The notes under the pieces: generated by a model
Database searches by the model: none
What the model was told of the DNA's origin: nothing
Seen by the model: the letters and a program-made list of their open reading frames with translations, nothing else
Shown here: positions 39,269-52,791 of the stretch, piece after piece
Layout: each line of letters begins with the position of its first letter
Position numbering within the stretch: the first letter of the stretch is position 1
Program-made: the position numbers and the translations under genes
Assembly: GCF_001194135.2 (NCBI RefSeq)
Contig: NC_068994.1
Location: 16,721,551-16,785,550 of the forward strand
Reading direction: 5' to 3'
Source: Octopus bimaculoides
Lineage: Eukaryota
DNA: 64,000 nucleotides

Positions 39269-39418
39269 AACAGTAGAGCCACATTTTACCGAAAGATATT
39301 CGTAAAATCAATCTTCAGATATTACAGTATGTAAATCGCCAGTTATTAATGTATAAATTGACAAAAGTGAAAATCAAGTTCAATTAAAAATTACGCCAAT
39401 AAAAATATATAAACAAAC

Positions 39419-39535
39419 CTTGTCATCTTCGTAGATGAAGTCACTTTTAATTTCACCACGTATTATTTTGCCGAATACGGTGTTTGCAGGATCACCGGGA
39501 GTAGCTGTTTGTGCACATTTAGTTTCAGGATCCAT
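39419..39535 (-). CDS. HINT1: HINT1-like exon 1
   Basis: MDPETKCAQTATPGDPANTVFGKIIRGEIKSDFIYEDDK|gtttgt, 117 nt. No N-terminal mitochondrial extension, so HINT1-type rather than HINT2. Total protein 128 aa. Confidence 0.93.
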
Positions 39536-40738
39536 GTTTCAGAGACGTACACACTGCCGACCACGTTTATGCGGTATAACGAAGTATAAGAAATATATAT
39601 CTCTATATATAGCTTTATTTGCTGCGACACTACGAACAAGAGGAAAGGTATGATTGCTCAGTAAAGGGAGGGGGAATGTGTATGAGGGAGAAAGACAGCA
39701 AGAAGCAGGCAAACAGGGGGAAAAAAAGAGAGATGCACAGATAGAGAGAAGCAGACAGACAGGGAAAGAGAAAGAAAGATATACACTGATAGAAAAAGTG
39801 CAGGACACAGAAAGATAAACAGATAGACAAAGTGAAAAAGAAAGAGAAGGAAAAAGAGAAATTTGATTGTTTTTATAATTTTAAACATTCTTTTAAAACG
39901 TTATCTATTTTTTCTAATTTGACTAAAATAGTAATGATTTTCAGAAAAAGAGTTCAATGCATTCAATACATAATTACTTAGAAAAGATAACGAAATCATT
40001 TCCCAGGTAATTGAGGAGTAGTGAATTCGGCGAAATCCTTAAAGTTCTACTTTTTATCGGACTTTTTCTTTGAAATACGGACAGTCAGAATTCTTTGCTT
40101 AAATCAAACAAAGGACCGCCCTTGGATACATAATCATTATATTAAATGCGTTTATGGGGAGAAAAATATTGAAAAACATCAATATATGTCAGTAAAAAAG
40201 AAACGAGGAAGGTATCAGGTGGTCGTGAGATGTGCTAAAAACAATGGCTAAATCGCCCTTAAATTTCTTACAAAAATTTTTTATTTTTTATTTTTGCATA
40301 ATCGTATGACTTCCCGTGTACAGAACACAAATGAGCAAACATTTTCTGAAAATTCCAAAAAAATAAAGAAATTGTGTGGGGTGCTTAAAACCAGAATCCC
40401 AACTCGATTTCAAGTGAGTTCTATAACCTATCTGCTCATAAAGATACCCAACGATTCGGTTTGGCAAGCCCCTATCCTTATGTAATATATGTCCACTAGA
40501 GGAATTGAACTCATCGATTTTACACTGCTAGTGCTGCTTACAGTATTAGGTAGCTCCCATAATTTACCTATTTTCGGCGGGTCCGACTGGGCTAATTGAC
40601 AATCTTTTTGATCGCGGACAAGCTGTTAACTGTTTAGTTGCTACGTACCTTCTACATTTAATAAGACATGCTCTCTGAGGTAGGTGACCGCACACACATA
40701 TACAATATTTATGTATCGGTTCGATCGGTACTTATTTT

Positions 40739-41132
40739 GTCTGTTGTTGTTGTTGGCACTCCGTCGCTTACGACGTCGAGGGTTCCAGTTGATCCAATCA
40801 ACGGAGCAGCCTGATCGTGAAATTAACGTGCAAGTGGATGAGCACTCCACAGACACGTGTACCCTTAACGTAGTTCTCGGGGATATTCAGCGTGACACAG
40901 TGTGACAAGGCTGACCCTTTGAATTACAGGCACAACAGAAACAGGAAGTAAGAGTGAGAGAAAGTTGTGATGGAAGAGTACAGCAGGGTTCGCCACCACC
41001 CCCTGCCGGAGCCTCGTGGAGCTTTAGGTGTTTTCGCTCAATAAACACTCACAACGCACGGTCTGGGAATCGAAACCGCGATCCTATGACCGCGAGTCCG
41101 CTGCCCTAACCATTAGGCCATTGCGCCTCCAC
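40739..41132 (-). mobile_element. SINE family A copy
   Basis: TSD ggtac(t/c)tatttt at 40727-40738 and 41133-41144. Confidence 0.92.
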
Positions 41133-41752
41133 GGTACCTATTTTAGAAGTAGCTAAAAGGTAAAGTCAGCTTGTGTGGAATTTGAACTCAGAATTTAAAG
41201 GGGCGTAACTATGTACCGCGAATTGTTTTGTTCGATGCCCTGTTGTTTCTCTCATTCACCTTATTTAGATGACCTCGAGCTACAAAGCAATCTGGATGTA
41301 AAATACGCGACGAAGAGCATTTTGTCAAGCACCAAACTACATGCCAACTATTTAGTTTAATTTCAAATATCCCTGAATTACGAAAGCAAGTACCAATAAT
41401 ATAAATATAATCGATACTATAGCTCCCTCAAAACCTAATTAGCTTCATTCACAAAAGTCTAACTCGTTGTTCTGACACGTACCGGTTTAAAGCTACTATC
41501 TGGTTTTTGGGTGTTTTTCTCTCCTGTTTCTTTTTTGTGGAATTGCTTGCAAGCATTCGTGCTAGACTCCCACTTCCATCCTCGCTCACTTCTTTACCGC
41601 AGATGTTCAGGTTCGACAGCAGCGACATCAATTTCACCAGTCTAGGAGGGCCTGCAAAGGTCATGGGCAAGCCCATCCTCCTCTAATTTATTTGTTTGTT
41701 TGTTTATTTATTTAAAGTGCTGTAAGAATATAGAGTTATCTATCCTCCCAGC

Positions 41753-42142
41753 AGTTGGAGGCGCAATGGCCCAGTGGTTAGGGCAGCCGACTCGCAGTCA
41801 TGGGATCGCGGTTTCAATTCTCAGACCGGACGTTGTGAGTGTTTATTGAGTGAAAACACCTAAAGCTCCACGAGGCTCCGGCAGGGGACGGTGGCGAACC
41901 TTGCTGTTCTCTTTCACCACAACTTTCTCTCACTCTTTCTTCTTGTTTCTGTTGTGCCTGTAGTTCAAAGGGTCAACCTTGTCACACTGTGTCACGCTGA
42001 ATATCCCCGAGAACTACGTTAAGGGTACACGTGTCTGTGGAGTGCTCATCCACTTGCACGTTAATTTCACGATCAGACCGTTCCGTTGATCGGATCAACT
42101 GGAACCCTCGACGTCGTAAGCGAGTGCCAACAAAAACAAACA
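41753..42142 (+). mobile_element. SINE family A copy, inverted relative to 40739-41132
   Basis: TSD atcctcccagc at 41742-41752 and 42143-42153. Confidence 0.92.
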
Positions 42143-43129
42143 ATCCTCCCAGCTAACCGAGCCTGCAATTAGATAGATGTCAATTCCACGTTAAGGCAGG
42201 CTATTTTCACTTCGTTTACACTATACTACCATTTCTGCCAAGTTGTTGTTCACAAAGCCATGTCAATAACGAATACACTAAGATATTTTTTATTTACCTT
42301 CATAAAGTGATTTGGTCATGTAACAAAGACGTCATGACACCTTACTTGAATGGACAAACCCCAACCTCCGTTAAGCCTACGAAGTGGTAGGTAGTTGAGC
42401 AACATCAAAGAATAGACGGAGATGAGGATGGTGGGAAACTATAGGTTAGGTGATGGCTGGAAAATCTAGAGGTAGTGCATCATTTTAACAGAATATAAAG
42501 CAAATTTAATGCAAGGTAATGTCTAAGAGAGACGAAAGACAGAACAAATGATTGCTCTAGCAAAAAGTGACACAACTGTAAGTTGATACAAGTTAGATAG
42601 AAAGCTGCTGCACATACGTAACAAACTTCCAAAAACTAATAAATATTCCATTAAACAAAAGCACCAGCAAGATGTTGAGAAGCACCTTTTGCCATTCCAT
42701 GTCCAGAAAAACCTGTCGGTAAAGAATTTGCGCTGTGGAAAATAATGAATCTTTCATTTCACCAATTTGTACGTGTTATATATTAAATTACTGTTTGGGG
42801 CTTTTCCTTTTTTTCTTTCTTTACTTTTTTTTCCGTCATGGGGATTTTTAGTTGTGGAGTTCAAATTTGAGTGTTAGCAAAGGGCTCCCTATCACACGAG
42901 CAAATGGGTAACGATTTGAAATCGTAACTTCAGTGAGTAGAGATGTAAGGGAGGCGACTCTGAAGAAACCATCAGGTAAACCAACTGCTTTAAGTTGGTA
43001 GTAAGATATTTCGGGGAGCATCTCGAAACAAACGAGAAACAATAATGCAAAGAGTAAAGAAAAGAAACAAAACAAAACCAATATTAGTAATTAACTAAAT
43101 TTTCATTTACTTCGTAAACAGAGAAGATA

Positions 43130-43600
43130 TAGAAGACCTTACTGAACTCCAGTCTGATCTATATGCTGTAAGCCAATTGGCGGACAAATACAACATGCGG
43201 TAAAAAATTTGAACTCATGCATTTTGGAAAAAAGGAAGCGCTCAAACAAACTTATTCTCTTCCTTCAGGGGAACTACTCACAGCATCCAATAATATGGGG
43301 GTACCAACTAAACATTTCACTTTTAGAATTTTAGAAGGCCCCCTAGTTCAAGCGAATTTTTTTAGGATCCTTGTTCTCTCAGCCACACAAAGTTTGCAAC
43401 GTCTGCTTCTATTGACGTATGATTCAGGCTATCCCGAGAGCTTCCATTTAATCCTGTATGGTGTTTTATCTTCTTTTAAACACCATATGTAGTAGGCCAA
43501 AGAAGTAACGTTGATCCTCTCTGGCATCCTAAGAGAGGACATGTGGTTATTTAGTTGCTATTTAAAGGGAGCCATCCCATGCTCCAACATATTTCCATGT
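43130..43600 (+). mobile_element. CR1/L2-type LINE RT C-terminal remnant
   Basis: ELQSDLYAVSQLADKYNMR*...KFELMHFGKKEALKQTYSLPSG resembles the 'LQxDL...W...NNMxFNxxKFE' tail of CR1-group RTs. Confidence 0.5.
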
Positions 43601-45000
43601 TATGTCCATAAGTTATTGGTACTATTGTTGTTGATGATGATGCCGCTGGTCTCTCCTATTGTTTATAAATAAATAAATATATATATATATATATATANNN
43701 NNNNNNNNNNNNNNNNNNNNNNNNNNNNNNNNNNNNNNNNNNNNNNNNNNNNNNNNNNNNNNNNNNNNNNNNNNNNNNNNNNNNNNNNNNNNNNNNNNNN
43801 NNNNNNNNNNNNNNNNNNNNNNNNNNNNNNNNNNNNNNNNNNNNNNNNNNNNNNNNNNNNNNNNNNNNNNNNNNNNNNNNNNNNNNNNNNNNNNNNNNNN
43901 NNNNNNNNNNNNNNNNNNNNNNNNNNNNNNNNNNNNNNNNNNNNNNNNNNNNNNNNNNNNNNNNNNNNNNNNNNNNNNNNNNNNNNNNNNNNNNNNNNNN
44001 NCTGGAATCAGCTGAAGTTGAGTGGTCCTTGCTGATGAGGCAACAGAAATTCCTGAAACTAACTATTAAAGCCTAATATTTATTCTATAAGTCACGTTTT
44101 GCTGAACTTCTAAGTCACAGGGACATAAACAAACCAATGCTGGTTGCGAAGCTGTAGTGGAAGCAATCATACACACACAGAAGAACAAGGGAAAGAGAGA
44201 GAGAGAGTAGGAAACAGCAAAAGTGTAAAAGGGAGCAGGAGAGAGATGGTGAAGTGCCAGGGTATACACACAGGTAACAAGGATCAGAGCATAGACGTGA
44301 TGGTAGAGTAATGAAAAGAGAAGTATAAAGGTTGTAATATATATATATATGTAGTGGCTTCATGCAGGCATAGTGTGGATTCAATCCTCGAATGCCAAAT
44401 TTCACTTAACAGTTTAACAGCACTTTTCTGTGAGTGACAGCAGTTACATTTGCCAGTTGCCTTCGCTAAGCAGAACAATGTCTTTGCCACTTGACCCTTC
44501 TAACCTCTTCTAGGCCACCAAAAGCTAGAATAGAGATAACTGACATCTAACAAAATTTATTGTTCTCAACAATATGTCTATCCTTCTGGCTGGTTTTGGA
44601 TAGTTATAAAAACAAGAACTCCGTAAGCCAAAGCTGGTTAGTGAGAACCGAGTCTAGCTGACCAGCTGAACAAAACACTATCTCTAAAGGAAAAGGGACA
44701 ACTATGGTAACTCACCATCGAAGCAGTTGTTTCATCCCACTACTCTCACTTTCACAAACTCACTTTCTTTTCTCTGTAACATTACCATATCTCTCTATAT
44801 ATACTACTATGAGATTGTGTATACACATACCAGCTGAAATTAACTCTTTTTACCTCACATGCTTTTCTATTTGCTAGTTATACATACCAACCTGTCGTGG
44901 TTTGGGATATATACAAAGTAATGGTAAATGTCTCTTTATAACTTCAATCACTGTTCTTCTTCCATCTTGCACATTGGCAACCAACACCTTAACAACAACC

Positions 45001-45004
<4 letters not shown>

Positions 45005-45070
<66 letters not shown>
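45005..45070. repeat. (CA)n microsatellite, representative of dozens of (AT)n, (CA)n, (GA)n, (ATT)n and (ATGT)n tracts
   Basis: Directly visible. Many N gaps are bordered by (AT)n. Confidence 0.98.
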
Positions 45071-45072
<2 letters not shown>

Positions 45073-46274
45073 GTGTGATGGGTAAATTGTTGTCACTTTA
45101 TATTTTAAATTTTGCTCATACACATTATCTGTTTTTGATTTGGTCAACTACACAGTATAGTAGGGTCAGTTGGGCATCATCTGTAAGAAAAACAGCACCA
45201 TGACACAATTCACTCTGCCAGAAGTTTTGAAACAACATGCTGTACTGCTTGGCATTTGTACCGGAAGCTCCAATACAAACATTTCAGACTGTTTGGATGT
45301 CAATCTGAGGACAGTGCAGAGGATTGAAAAAGAGTTGGACGAGTCTAATGGTGATTATCAAGGTATGGCAGCTCGGAAAACTCACTCTGATTGTTCTGAT
45401 AAGAAAAGAACTCCTCAGTTTGTTGGTGAGATCCAGGCCATGATTGATAACAATCCCTCCAATTCAATCAGGTTCATCGCCAGGGACAAGCAAGTAGTCC
45501 ATTAAGACATTTGGTATTCCTAATACAAGATGAGAAAGGGCCAATTTTTATCCCAAGTCATCAAGAACAAGAGAAAAGACCATGCTACAAAGGTTTTGAA
45601 CAAACTCAAGCATCCCCTCCAACCAAACATAGTTTGGTTTTTCTCAGACAAGAAAAACTTCTGCCAGGATCAGATGGTGAACACAAAGACACAACTGTTG
45701 GCTTGCCATGTCTCTAAAACATGTATCAAGAGTGATAAAAATCAAACATCCAGTCAACATCGTGGTGTTTAGAGTGATCACTAGTGACGGTGATGTTATG
45801 CTTCCATTCATCTTCCCAAACAGCCTCAGACTCAACACAGAGGCCTACATCAAGGGCTTGGAGAAGGTAGTGCTGCCCTGGGCCAAGAGGATTGCTGCTA
45901 GAAGACTCTATATCGTCACCCCTAATATCTGGCAACCTAACTCCCCAGACTGCAACCCCCTTGATTATTATGTGTGGGGTGCAGTTGAGCGAGAGACCAA
46001 CAAAACTCCTTGTAACACCAAAGATGAACTGAAGGCAAGGATTATGGCAGCATTCACCAACTTAAACGAGGAGACCAGCCAGAAGACTTGCAGGAGATTC
46101 TGAAGTCGTCTGGTAGCTGTGGGTGAAGCCAATGGCAATTTTATTGGATAAATTTACTCTTTACTATTTCAAGATATTTTTATGTAATTTTGGTAAATAT
46201 ATCTGTTAAAATGAGATGTCAGTGTTATTTTCATTTTTGCATAATTTAGATGACAGTATATTCACCGCACCCTG
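45069..46274 (+). mobile_element. Degenerate Tc1/mariner transposon, maT (DD37D)-like
   Basis: Imperfect TIRs (cagggtgtgatgggtaaa / ttcaccgcaccctg followed by TA). Transposase pieces: HTH (NLRTVQRI), WFFSDKKNF and WQPNSPDCNPLDYYVWG (mariner-type final D). The middle-D region is deleted. Confidence 0.88.
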
Positions 46275-47723
46275 TAGATATAGATACACACACACATATC
46301 TATATATATATGTATACATGTATATGTACATATGTGTATGTGTGTGTGTATATATATATATATCATCATCATATATATACACACACATATATATATGTAC
46401 ATATATACATATATATATATATGTGCGCACACACATGCACAATATATATATATATTTGTACTGAGAGAAAATAACAGGACAGTTGTGCATTAAAAAATGC
46501 TTCAATAAAAATTAAATGCATAGATGACATTTATGTAAAATTAAATAAGGAAATATTTTTCAGCATAACTATTAGCATTGGAAAATATAACAAATGAATA
46601 AAAGGGTGTGTACATGAATTGCCTATATGCTTACATGTACCCTTTTATACTTGCATTAGATGTGATTGCAGTGTAAAGGAATAGATATGCTTGTACACAG
46701 AGAGATATATAGCAAAGTGACTTTTCAGTTTTCATCTCATTTCTATCATTTTACCAAACACTTTTCCATACTTGCATAGGTTGGATGGAATTTTGTTGGG
46801 GTGGATTTTCTTTTACCAGATGCCCTTCCTGTTGCCAATTTTCACTTGTTTCCCAGTGAGGTAATATCTGCCCATGATTAGACATGTTTACATAAAAGAT
46901 TGGAAAGGAAGGATGCTGCTTCCATGATGGTAACACTCATTTATAAACATCATGTAATGTCAAGGCTGGGGAACAGTAGCACACACACACATACACACTC
47001 ACACTCACCCACATATGCAGACATATGTGTATATGCTTCCCAATCACATGGTTCTGGGTTCAGTCTCACTGTATGGAATCTTTGGGCAAGTGTCTTCTAC
47101 TATATAGCCTCAGGCCGACCAAAGCATTGTGAGTGGATTTGGCAGACAAAAACTGAAAGCCCTATATGTATATATATATATATACATATATATATATANN
47201 NNNNNNNNNNNNNNNNNNNNNNNNNNNNNNNNNNNNNNNNNNNNNNNNNNNNNNNNNNNNNNNNNNNNNNNNNNNNNNNNNNNNNNNNNNNNNNNNNNNN
47301 NNNNNNNNNNNNNNNNNNNNNNNNNNNNNNNNNNNNNNNNNNNNNNNNNNNNNNNNNNNNNNNNNNNNNNNNNNNNNNNNNNNNNNNNNNNNNNNNNNNN
47401 NNNNNNNNNNNNNNNNNNNNATGATGATATATATATATATATATATATATACATACATATGTATATATATTTATGTGTCTTTGTGTCTGTGTTTGTACCC
47501 CCAGCCCACCAAAGCTTGATGGTGGTGTGTTTATGTCCCCATAACTTAGTGGTTTGGCAAAAGAGACCGATAAAATAAGTACCAGGCTTACAAAGAATAA
47601 GTCCTGGGTTTGATTTCTTCAACTAAAACCCTTTAAAGTGGTGCTCCAGCATGACCACTGTCAAATGACTGAAACATGTAAAAGAATAAAAGAATATATA
47701 TGTGTGTGTGTGTATGTATGTAT

Positions 47724-48110
47724 CAGGGATGTGCCGCCTAGGTAGGCAAGGTAGGCATTGCCTACCTTGAATAAAATGGATCAATAGCAACATTTTTCTT
47801 TTATGGCAAAATATGCACCTAATTCAATAAAACTATGAAGGTTAGTCTGATTATTATGCATAAAATGCAAAATGTTTTATTTTGTGTAGATTAGGTAGGC
47901 ATAATTCGCCCCTGCTTTTCAATCTCAGTATTTAAGCTACGCATAGCACTGCTGTAGTACACATGCTGCATACATTTCTACAACACCATTTTCTTTATGT
48001 GCAGAAATAGATCTGCCTTCAAGCAGTCATGCACCTGTGTTTCACTTATTTTTTATGTGTTTTACTACATAAAGGTAACCAACTGCCTACCCTGAGTATT
48101 TACTGATGGC
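47724..48110. mobile_element. Possible non-autonomous DNA transposon remnant
   Basis: Starts cagggatgtgcc with repeated ggtaggca/tgcctacc subterminal motifs in both orientations. Right TIR not clear. Confidence 0.4.
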
Positions 48111-50206
48111 ATGTGTGTGTGTGTGTGTGCGTGTGTGTATGTATGTATGTATGTATGTATGTACAATGGTCTTCTTTCAGTTCCATCTAGTAAATCCACT
48201 CACAAGGCTCAAGGTTTTGGCCAGCTTGGTGCTATGATAGAAGACACTTGCTCAAGATTCTGTGCGTTGAAACTGAACCTGGAACTATGTAATTGGGAAG
48301 CAAACTTCATACCTGCACCTAGTTCCTAAATGATTAATTTTTTAAGTGGGTAAGTATGAACAAAAACGATAGTTATGGAAACATGCTGAAATATTTATCC
48401 TCAACAACCACTTAGTTGTATAGATTTGTTTTACTGTAGTATATTGAAGCTTTTCACATATAAACACTAAACGAATGCATATAAAAATTATGACATATAA
48501 ATATAAATATGTATTAACAGTGCTGCTTTTTTTTATGTGATATTACAAATGCAAATTACATACAACGTATATAAGATGCAGTGTTGTTCAGGAATGGGTT
48601 TACCTATTAGTGAAATTAATGGGTTTGTAATGTTTCAGCATTCTATACATTTGATGTTTGCAAATATACATGAGTTTAGAATATTTATTCAGTAAATTTT
48701 GACTGGAAAATAGGACTTCATATGATTATTAAATGCAACTTTAGTAAGATATTTTGTAAAATTATAATGGCATGATTGGACATGTGATTTAAAAGATTTT
48801 ATACATGTGAATAAAGATGCAACAGTTTTTCTATTCAAATTATTAGTGTTTTATTCATTCATTTTTATACATTTTTCCATGCTGCCATGCATTAGATGGA
48901 GATGTATTGAAGTATTGTTTCCATAGGTACTTACAATAGCTAACCATGTATGTATGTATGTATGTATGTGTGTGTACATGCGCACACGTGTGTGTATGAA
49001 TGGTTATGTGTTTGCATGTATGTATGAATGTATGTATGAATGTATGTATGGTGTATGCAGANNNNNNNNNNNNNNNNNNNNNNNNNNNNNNNNNNNNNNN
49101 NNNNNNNNNNNNNNNNNNNNNNNNNNNNNNNNNNNNNNNNNNNNNNNNNNNNNNNNNNNNNNNNNNNNNNNNNNNNNNNNNNNNNNNNNNNNNNNNNNNN
49201 NNNNNNNNNNNNNNNNNNNNNNNNNNNNNNNNNNNNNNNNNNNNNNNNNNNNNNNNNNNNNNNNNNNNNNNNNNNNNNNNNNNNNNNNNNNNNNNNNNNN
49301 NNNNNNNNNNNNNNNNNNNNNNNNNNNNNNNNNNNNNNNNNNNNNNNNNNNNNNNNNNNNNNNNNNNNNNNNNNNNNNNNNNNNNNNNNNNNNNNNNNNN
49401 NNNNNNNNNNNNNNNNAAAAATAAATAAGTAAATGAGCAGAAATCAAACTGGTGAATGTGTTAAATAATAAGGCACAAAACGAGAATGATTTTCCCCAGA
49501 CACAATAAATTATGTTTCAACACACAAATTCACATGAATCTTGCAAACCGAATACTATATATATATATATATATATATACACGACATGCTTCTTTTAGTT
49601 TCCATCTACCAAATCTACTCACAAGACTTTGGTCAACCCAAGGCTATAGTAGAAAATACTTGTCCAAGGCGCCACACAGTGGGACTGATCTTGGAACCAC
49701 ATGGTTGGGAAGCAAACTACTTACCATACAGCCACCCATAATATATATATGCATGTGTGTGTGTGTGTGCATATGTGTGTGTGCACGTGTGCATGCACAC
49801 GTGTGTTTGTACCTCTTTGTCTTGACATCACATGATACTTGTAAATGAATGTTTCTATTATACCAGTGATGTTATTCATTTCCATTTTTTCTTGGGAACA
49901 TGTCTGGTCACAGGGAAATATGACCAGACATGTTTTCTTTATACACACACACACACATATATATAGTTACCTGTTAGTTGTCCATAAATCAGACAAAAAG
50001 CATACTGTAAAAGAGAAATATAGTTATATTTTCTATATTGTTTTTCTATATGGTTATGGCATAGAACTGGTCAACATGTTATTGACTGTTTTTTACTGTT
50101 GCACTTGGCTATATTGATGACTCTTTAGAAATGCTAGTCAGAAGCACATAGGCTCTTTCATGAGGGTGGCATACACACACATACACACACACACACACAC
50201 AGACAG

Positions 50207-50252
<46 letters not shown>

Positions 50253-52759
50253 GCATGTAGTTCTGGTTGACTCAAAACAGGAAATGTGGTGAAAAATTAT
50301 ACTATTTTCAGGGAGGGAGATAGGAGTTGTTTCCCATGAATTGATGTCAGCTGTGTGTGTACATCTGTCATTCTATTGTCTGAAAGTGGGGATCACCCAC
50401 ATTGCCAAAATGAATTTCTCTTCAAGAGGGCAACAAGAAAATAGTTCACTTTTTAAGTTCATGAAAGCACTTGGTTTATGTGAAATTGTTTTAAATGATC
50501 TGCTTCTCAGCTAAGCATGGCATGCAGTGTGTACTTTTATTCAGATATGATCTGGGCTATTCCAGCAGTTCCCAATTGATTTTGTAAAGCATTCCTTCCT
50601 CTTTTAAATATATTTAGTCAGCCCATGACATAACATTGTGCCTCTCCCTAACTTTAAAAGGATTTTTGATTATTAAGCCTGGTTTTAAAGTGGCCCTCTG
50701 TTGCCCCAACATACTTCTCTGTGCCCCCCCCCCCGTTGCTCTTGTTGGCCAACACCACCTCTGCTTCATTGGCCATAGCTTCCATGTTGCATTAACCATT
50801 CACTGAGCCCTCGCTATGAAATCTACAAGAATACCCTACTTCTGTATGGGGCTTTAGGGTATTCACTAATATTTTAATCTTTACACTAGGCTCACAGCTG
50901 AACAGAACCCTTAAGTTATACCTATTGAAAATAATTTCCTATACCTATGGTCCTGTGTAAAATGTTTGTCTACTAATATAAAGAAGACTTTTCCCATGCA
51001 GATTTTCATATTGAGTGAGAAAGGTGAGACAAACTAGAAGACTTTATGGCACTACCTTCTGTTGTGGATGTTAGGGCTAAACATATAAGTGATGTGGTCC
51101 TTAAACCTGCTAGCTGCCAGATCTCCATTGTCATAGATCACCACATCAAAAATATTTTTATTCAAGGACTGTTTCTAAATCCTCCTACTGGCAGCCTTTG
51201 CAACATTTTAAACACTATAGGCAGTAGTTAGAAGGTTGTGTTTATTTACAACAGCCAATATTGCTAAGTGCAATCATTGGCATAAAATTGTTGATAACAT
51301 TCTGGCCAGTTATATGACATAGCCAAAACTATACTGCTCAATAATTTAGTAAAATATAATTCTTTCTACAATAGGCACAAGGACTAAACTTTGAGAGGAA
51401 GGGACAGTCAATTACATTGATCTCAGTGCTCAACTGGTACTTATTTTATCAAGCCCAACAGGGAGAAAGACAAAGTTGACCTTGGCAGAACTTGAACACT
51501 GAATATAAGGACAGATGAAATGGCACTAAACATTTTGTCTGGCATGTTAATTCTACCGTCTCACAACCTTAAATAATAAAGGTGCAGGCATGACTGTGTG
51601 GTAAAAAGTTTACTTCCTAATCATATGGTCCTGGGTTCACTCCCACTGTGTGGCACCTTAGGCAAGTGTCTTCTACTAAAGTCTTGGGCCATGGATTTGG
51701 TAGGCAGAAACTGAAAGAAGCCCATCGTATATACCAATGTGTGTGTGAGCGTGTGTGTATATATGTGTCTTTTTTTTGTTCCCCACCACTTGACAACCGG
51801 TGTTGGTGTGTTTACATCCTTGTACATTAGCGTTTCTCCAAAAGAGACCGATAGAATAAGAACCAGGCTTAAAAAGAAAATAAATACTGGGGCCGATTAG
51901 TTCGACTGAAATTCTTCAAGGTGGTATAATGACTGAAACAAGNNNNNNNNNNNNNNNNNNNNNNNNNNNNNNNNNNNNNNNNNNNNNNNNNNNNNNNNNN
52001 NNNNNNNNNNNNNNNNNNNNNNNNNNNNNNNNNNNNNNNNNNNNNNNNNNNNNNNNNNNNNNNNNNNNNNNNNNNNNNNNNNNNNNNNNNNNNNNNNNNN
52101 NNNNNNNNNNNNNNNNNNNNNNNNNNNNNNNNNNNNNNNNNNNNNNNNNNNNNNNNNNNNNNNNNNNNNNNNNNNNNNNNNNNNNNNNNNNNNNNNNNNN
52201 NNNNNNNNNNNNNNNNNNNNNNNNNNNNNNNNNNNNNNNNNNNNNNNNNNNNNNNNNNNNNNNNNNNNNNNNNNNNNNNNNNNNNNNNNNNNNNNNNNNN
52301 NNNNNNNNNNNNNNNNNNNNNNNNNNNNNNNNNNNNNNNNNNNNNNNNNNNNNNNNNNNNNNNNNNNNNNNNNNNNNNNNNNNNNNNNNNNNNNNNNNNN
52401 NNNNNNNNNNNNNNNNNNNNNNNNNNNNNNNNNNNNNNNNNNNNNNNNNNNNNNNNNNNNNNNNNNNNNNNNNNNNNNNNNNNNNNNNNNNNNNNNNNNN
52501 NNNNNNATTAAAAGTTTTAATATTTGTATTTTCGTCTTGAGTTTTAATGTTGTATTCTGACTCTCACTATGGTTTTTATTCGAAAAAAATGACTGAGTAC
52601 ACGCACACATGTAAATGTAATAAATACATGTTGTTTGCAGGTGGAAAAGGTATTTAGTGCAACAGTATTTCAAATTTCACAATAAGCCTTCTTTTGAGAT
52701 ATCTTAAACGTTTTCTCAACCTCTTTTGTCAAAATAATAACGAATTGCAAAAAATATAC

Positions 52760-52791
52760 ATGCTAACATAAATATATATTTATGTTAGCAT
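52760..52791. repeat. Perfect 32-bp palindrome
   Basis: atgctaacataaatatatatttatgttagcat is its own reverse complement. Confidence 0.95.

Noticed and set aside
41449-41676. 75-aa minus-strand ORF upstream of HINT1
   Set aside because: Not HINT-like, and HINT1 already has a complete first exon. The opposite strand has the better splice signal.
42848-43081. 77-aa minus-strand ORF with an acceptor-like upstream tract
   Set aside because: No recognisable homology and no partner exons.
44025-44075. CTGATGAG...GAAAC hammerhead-like core
   Set aside because: Stem II is only about 2 bp, and no convincing GUH site or stem I partner was found. It sits next to a gap.
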